A DNA stretch of 64,000 nt from an uncultured Lachnospiraceae bacterium (GTDB taxonomy: Bacteria > Bacillota > Clostridia > Lachnospirales > Lachnospiraceae), in contig CAMGZH010000003.1 in the NCBI GenBank assembly GCA_946182825.1, forward strand, positions 14,051-78,050, given 5' to 3'. The position numbers were made by a program, and so were the translations under genes. The notes under the pieces are model-generated. The model did no database searches. It had not been told where the DNA came from and was given only the letters and a program-made list of their open reading frames with translations. Shown here in pieces: positions 59,638 to 64,000 of the stretch (position 1 is its first letter; the number at the start of each line of letters is the position of its first letter).

Positions 59638-60864
59638 TTACTTCTCGTCAGCAGCCTCAATACCAGGAAGCTTCTTACCCTCAAGGAACTCCAGGGAAGC
59701 TCCGCCACCGGTAGAGATGTGGCTCATCTTGTCACCAAGACCCATCTGGTTAACAGCAGCTGCGGAATCTCCACCACCGATGATGGTTGTAGCATCTGTC
59801 TGAGCAAGAGCCTCAGCAACAGTCTTAGTTCCTACTGCAAGTGTCGGGTTCTCGAAAAGACCCATTGGTCCGTTCCATACAACTGTCTTAGCAGACTTAA
59901 CAGCCTCAGCGAAAAGCTCTGCAGATGCAGGTCCGATATCACAAGCCTCACGATCATCCGGGATCTCCTTGATGTCAACGGTTGTTGCATCATCGATTGG
60001 AGCATCGATTGGATCCGGGAAGTGAGCGATGGTAACAGAATCAACCGGAAGAAGAATCTTCTTACCAAGCTTCTCAGCCTTCTCCATCATTTCCTTACAG
60101 TACTCAACCTTGGACTCATCAAGAAGAGAGTTACCAACATTGTAGCCCTGTGCTTTAACGAAAGTATAAGCCATTCCACCACCGATGATCAGTGTATCGC
60201 ACTTCTCAAGGAGGTTTTCTACTACGTTAAGCTTATCAGCTACCTTAGCACCACCAAGGATAGCAACGAAAGGACGTACAGGCTCCTCAACTGCCTTACC
60301 AAGGAAGTCGATCTCCTTCTGCATAAGGTAACCAACAACAGCAGGCTTACCCTCTGCACGAAGACACTCTGCAACACCTACGTTAGAGCAATGTGCACGA
60401 TGAGCTGTACCAAATGCATCATTAACGAAAGCATCAGCGATAGAAGCAAGATCCTTAGAGAAAGCCTCTCCGTTCTTTGTCTCCTCAGCTCTGAAACGTG
60501 TATTCTCAAGAAGAATAACATCTCCATCCTTCATAGCCTCAACTGCAGCTCTAGCATTAGCTCCTACAACCTCTGCATCTGCAGCAAACTTAACTTCCTG
60601 TCCAAGAAGCTCAGAAAGTCTAACAGCAACCGGAGCCAAAGTCTTAGTCTTCTTGTCCTCTTCTGTCTTAACCTTTCCTAAATGAGAGCAAAGGATAACC
60701 TTTCCGCCGTCAGCGATCAGCTTCTTGATGGTTGGAAGAGCTGCAACCAGACGGTTCTCATCTGTGATCTTACCATTAACAAGTGGTACATTGAAATCAC
60801 AACGGCAAAGAACACGAAGTCCCTTTACATTAATGTCATCTACGGATTTCTTATTTAATCCCAT
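59638..60864 (-). CDS. pgk: Phosphoglycerate kinase
   Basis: 408 aa with RCDFNVP and [14 protein letters not shown]. Confidence 0.97.
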   Translation of the reverse strand: MGLNKKSVDDINVKGLRVLCRCDFNVPLVNGKITDENRLVAALPTIKKLIADGGKVILCSHLGKVKTEEDKKTKTLAPVAVRLSELLGQEVKFAADAEVVGANARAAVEAMKDGDVILLENTRFRAEETKNGEAFSKDLASIADAFVNDAFGTAHRAHCSNVGVAECLRAEGKPAVVGYLMQKEIDFLGKAVEEPVRPFVAILGGAKVADKLNVVENLLEKCDTLIIGGGMAYTFVKAQGYNVGNSLLDESKVEYCKEMMEKAEKLGKKILLPVDSVTIAHFPDPIDAPIDDATTVDIKEIPDDREACDIGPASAELFAEAVKSAKTVVWNGPMGLFENPTLAVGTKTVAEALAQTDATTIIGGGDSAAAVNQMGLGDKMSHISTGGGASLEFLEGKKLPGIEAADEK

Positions 60865-60894
60865 ACTATTCCTCCTATTTTTAAAAATAGTGAT

Positions 60895-60924
60895 AAAAAA
60901 GGGTCCGGCCCTAAAGCCGGACCC
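60895..60924 (-). terminator. Terminator or partial terminator between gap and pgk
   Basis: GGGTCCGGC pairs with GCCGGACCC, followed on the minus strand by TTTTTT. Confidence 0.65.
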
Positions 60925-60947
60925 CTTGAAGGTCTAAATTTTCTGAA

Positions 60948-61967
60948 TTACTTATTCAGGAACTTAGCGAAATACTTGATAGTTCTGCACATGTTAGATG
61001 TGAAGGAGTTCTCGTTGTCATACCAAGAAACAACCTGAACCTCAGTCTTGTCATCACCTACAGGTACAACCATTGTCTGTGTTGCATCGAAGAGAGAACC
61101 GTAAGTCATACCTACGATATCCTTAGATACGATAAGATCCTCGTTGTAACCGAAGGACTCGTTTGTTACAGACTTCATCTTAGCGTTGATCTCATCAACT
61201 GTAACCTTACCGTTAACAACAGCAGTAAGAATTGTTGTAGATCCTGTTGGAACTGGTACACGCTGAGCAGAACCGATTAACTTACCGTTAAGCTCTGGAA
61301 CTACAAGACCGATTGCCTTAGCAGCACCTGTAGAGTTAGGAACGATGTTCTCAGCACCTGCACGGCTACGTCTCTTGTCACCCTTACGCTGTGGTCCGTC
61401 AAGGATCATCTGATCACCTGTGTAAGCATGGATTGTAACCATGATACCAGAATCGATTGGTGCAAGATCGTTAAGAGCCTTAGCCATTGGAGCTAAGCAG
61501 TTTGTTGTACAAGAAGCTGCAGAGATGATGTTATCATCAGCTGTAAGAGTCTCGTGGTTAGTGTTATAAACGATTGTAGGAAGATCGTTTCCAGCAGGAG
61601 CGGAAATAACTACCTTCTTAGCACCAGCATTGATGTGAGCCTGAGCCTTCTCCTTAGAAGTGTAGAAACCAGTACACTCAAGTACTACGTCTACATCTAA
61701 CTCACCCCAAGGAAGGTTGTTAGCGTCTGCTTCCTTGTAGATCTTGATCTCGTGACCATCAACGATGATAGAATCCTCTGTGTTAGAAACGAGGTCTGCC
61801 TTAGCGTAACGACCCTGTGAAGAATCATACTTCAGAAGGTAAGCTAACATATCTGGGCTTGTAAGATCGTTGATTGCAACGATATCAAATCCCTCTGCCT
61901 GGAACATCTGACGGAAAGCCAGACGACCGATACGACCAAAACCATTAATTGCTACTTTTACTGCCAT
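60948..61967 (-). CDS. gap: Glyceraldehyde-3-phosphate dehydrogenase
   Basis: 339 aa with INGFGRIGR and [10 protein letters not shown]. Confidence 0.97.
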   Translation of the reverse strand: MAVKVAINGFGRIGRLAFRQMFQAEGFDIVAINDLTSPDMLAYLLKYDSSQGRYAKADLVSNTEDSIIVDGHEIKIYKEADANNLPWGELDVDVVLECTGFYTSKEKAQAHINAGAKKVVISAPAGNDLPTIVYNTNHETLTADDNIISAASCTTNCLAPMAKALNDLAPIDSGIMVTIHAYTGDQMILDGPQRKGDKRRSRAGAENIVPNSTGAAKAIGLVVPELNGKLIGSAQRVPVPTGSTTILTAVVNGKVTVDEINAKMKSVTNESFGYNEDLIVSKDIVGMTYGSLFDATQTMVVPVGDDKTEVQVVSWYDNENSFTSNMCRTIKYFAKFLNK

Positions 61968-62023
61968 TGTTATTTCCTCCTACGTTTTGTTTTTTAATTG
62001 GAACAAATTCCGTAAACATATAC

Positions 62024-62052
62024 ATCATAGCGGATTAACTTTCATATTGCAA
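62024..62052 (-). promoter_or_regulatory. Sigma-A type promoter of gap
   Basis: Minus strand reads TTGCAA, a 17-nt spacer, then TATGAT. Confidence 0.55.
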
Positions 62053-62146
62053 GGGGTGTTTTGGAAGATTGATAAAAATTTCACAGGATGTACAAATCTG
62101 GCGCTTCATTCAGATAAAAATTGGCATTTTCATCCTTGACTGTCGT

Positions 62147-62175
62147 TTGACGGTGAAATTTGTTACATCTATAAT
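62147..62175 (+). promoter_or_regulatory. Sigma-A type promoter of the PHP-phosphatase gene
   Basis: TTGACG, a 17-nt spacer, then TATAAT, 25 nt before the ATG. The RBS is AAAGGAGG. Confidence 0.55.
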
Positions 62176-62199
62176 GAATAGCAAAAAGGAGGTTTCCCT

Positions 62200-63030
62200 A
62201 TGCAGTTATGGGATACACATATGCACTGCTGCTACTCCGGTGACAGCGAGGCCGAACCGGACGACATGATAAAGACCGCCATGGACAAGGGGCTTTCCGG
62301 CATCATTTTTACCGATCACCTGGACTGGGACTATGAAGCCGAACCAGGACTTTTCGATTTGGATCTCCCTGCCTATACGGATGAGATGAATATGATCGCT
62401 GCAAACATTAATAATTATACCGGTTTTCATGTGGGCGTCGGCATTGAACTGGGGCTGCAGCCTCACCTTGCCCAACGACACCACAAACTTTTAGAGGAAT
62501 ATTCCTTTGACCAGGTCATCGGCAGCACCCATGTGGTGGGAGGCGTCGATCCATACTACGACACCTTCTATGAAGGCCGCTCTGCAAAAGAAGCCTACGA
62601 ACTGTATTTTCAGGAGGTCCTGGCCAACATTCGGGCATTTGATGCCTTTGACACCTTAGGTCATCTTGACTATGTCAGTCGCTACGGTATGCGACATTAC
62701 GGCAGTGACGAAGGTGCCTGCCGCTACGAGGACTTCGCCCCTCTTCTGGACGAGATCCTGCTCTGGCTGATCCATCACGGCAAGTCCCTTGAAGTCAATA
62801 CCGGAAGTTTTCGCGGAAATGATGCAGCTACGGATCCGAATCCGTCCTATCGCATCCTCTCCCGCTACTTTGCATTGGGCGGTCGCTCCATCACCTTAGG
62901 GGCTGATGCCCATAAACCGGAACACGTGGGGCTTTGTTTTTCTTCGGTTGCCGCTAAATTAAAAGAGATCGGCTTTACGGAGATCACCTACTATCTGAAG
63001 AGAACCCCATACACCTATCCCATTTTATGA
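62200..63030 (+). CDS. HisJ-family histidinol-phosphatase (PHP domain)
   Basis: 276 aa with an N-terminal DTHMHCCYSGD motif and GADAHKPEHVG near the C-terminus. Confidence 0.8.
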   Translation: MQLWDTHMHCCYSGDSEAEPDDMIKTAMDKGLSGIIFTDHLDWDYEAEPGLFDLDLPAYTDEMNMIAANINNYTGFHVGVGIELGLQPHLAQRHHKLLEEYSFDQVIGSTHVVGGVDPYYDTFYEGRSAKEAYELYFQEVLANIRAFDAFDTLGHLDYVSRYGMRHYGSDEGACRYEDFAPLLDEILLWLIHHGKSLEVNTGSFRGNDAATDPNPSYRILSRYFALGGRSITLGADAHKPEHVGLCFSSVAAKLKEIGFTEITYYLKRTPYTYPIL

Positions 63031-63033
63031 CAA

Positions 63034-63069
63034 AACGCCCGGTCTTACATTTAAGTAAGACCGGGCGTT
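63034..63069. terminator. Bidirectional terminator between the convergent PHP-phosphatase and mnmA genes
   Basis: A 15-bp stem, AACGCCCGGTCTTAC with GTAAGACCGGGCGTT. Confidence 0.8.
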
Positions 63070-63072
63070 ACT

Positions 63073-64000
63073 TTATCGAAGGATCACACCTCCGCCTGCA
63101 ACAGCCTCTCCATGGTAAAGCACCAGCGCCTGTCCCGGCGTAACGGCCCTCACCTTTTTCAAGAAATCTACCCTGAGCTGTTCGCTTCCATCCTCTGCCA
63201 TTTCATAGGAAACACAGCAAGGCGTTCCCGGATCGGAATACCGGATCTTTGCCATGTATTCCATGGACTCATCGAAGCGTTCCTGCTCCATATAACACAG
63301 TTGATGGGCATAGAGATGATCTGTAAAAACATCCTCCGACTCACCTAAGGTGACCGTATTGCTGTCGGCATCGATCTTCGTCACAAAGATTCTGTGGCCT
63401 GCTGCAATTCCAAGCCCCTTTCTCTGACCGATGGTATAATGGGTAATACCCTTATGACGCCCCATCACCTCACCGGCACGATTAAGGAAATTGCCTTCTC
63501 CCGGAGCACACGCTCCCAGCTCACGATCCACAAAGGCACCAGCGTCACCATCCGGGATAAAGCAGATATCTTCGCTATCCGGCTTGTGTGCCACCGGAAG
63601 TCCTGCTTCTTCTGCGATCTTACGGACAAGAGGTTTTTCGTATTCTCCCACAGGCATCAAGGTATGCGCAAGCTGATCCTGGGTCAGAGAATACAGTACA
63701 TAGGTCTGATCCTTGGCTGCTGTCACAGAATTGCGGATATAAAAACGTCCCTGGTCATTTTGCGAGATCCTTGCATAATGTCCCGTGGCAATGTAATCAG
63801 CTCCAATCTCCCTGCTCCTGGCAAGAAGTGCATCCCACTTCACAAAACGGTTACATGCAATACAGGGGTTGGGCGTTCTTCCGTGTCGGTACTCCTCCAC
63901 GAAATAATCCATGACATCCCGCCGGAATTCATTCTTAAAATTCATCACATAGTATGGAATATCCAAAACAGCGGCAACACGTCTTGCATCCTCAACTGCA
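63073..64000 (-). CDS. mnmA: tRNA 2-thiouridine(34) synthase MnmA, C-terminal part (N-terminus lies beyond the window end)
   Basis: The frame is open to position 64000 (…EDARRVAAVLDIPYYVMNF). It contains PNPCIACNRFVKW and ATGHYAR. Confidence 0.92.
   Translation of the reverse strand, partial: AVEDARRVAAVLDIPYYVMNFKNEFRRDVMDYFVEEYRHGRTPNPCIACNRFVKWDALLARSREIGADYIATGHYARISQNDQGRFYIRNSVTAAKDQTYVLYSLTQDQLAHTLMPVGEYEKPLVRKIAEEAGLPVAHKPDSEDICFIPDGDAGAFVDRELGACAPGEGNFLNRAGEVMGRHKGITHYTIGQRKGLGIAAGHRIFVTKIDADSNTVTLGESEDVFTDHLYAHQLCYMEQERFDESMEYMAKIRYSDPGTPCCVSYEMAEDGSEQLRVDFLKKVRAVTPGQALVLYHGEAVAGGGVILR

Overview
This looks like a core chromosomal segment of a low-to-mid GC Firmicute, probably Clostridia and Lachnospiraceae-like. 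That guess rests on a CIRCE-controlled groES-groEL, the yceD-rpmF-plsX-acpP-rnc-smc-ftsY gene order, and the presence of DegV and TmcAL. I call about 53 protein-coding genes, and about 48 of them are on the minus strand, as expected for leading-strand bias.

The content is mostly housekeeping:
- Purine metabolism: purC-purF-purB, purA, a split purO plus AICARFT-only purH, and an NCS2 purine permease.
- Glycolysis: gap-pgk-tpiA and gpmI.
- Nitrogen metabolism: gdhA, glnA with an ANTAR regulator, ilvA and argC.
- Chaperones: groESL.
- Chromosome maintenance and secretion: parE/parC-like topoisomerase, smc, rnc and ftsY.
- Others: plsX/acpP, ackA, pyrG, coaBC, pncB and mnmA (partial).

I found no rRNA, tRNA, CRISPR array, transposase, integrase or prophage genes.

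I did not find a convincing intact novel multi-gene system. The stretches most worth a second look are:
1. A visibly AT-rich islet at 52.1-54.9 kb. It holds a lipoprotein, ABC-2 permease(s) and an ATPase, a layout like a LanI/LanFEG immunity module, and it shows at least two and possibly three separate lesions.
2. A partial giant beta-helix surface protein at 1-3241, with a leader of about 240 nt that contains a terminator overlapped by a 28-codon uORF.
3. A carbon-nitrogen hydrolase/HD-domain fusion in which the catalytic Lys appears to be replaced by Met.
4. A glnA leader attenuator paired with an ANTAR protein that has a pseudo-receiver domain.
5. A run of five stem-loops between groEL and the next gene.

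All calls come from reading the sequence and the ORF track by eye. I ran no database search or folding program. Start codons were re-picked where an RBS or homology argued against the longest ORF.
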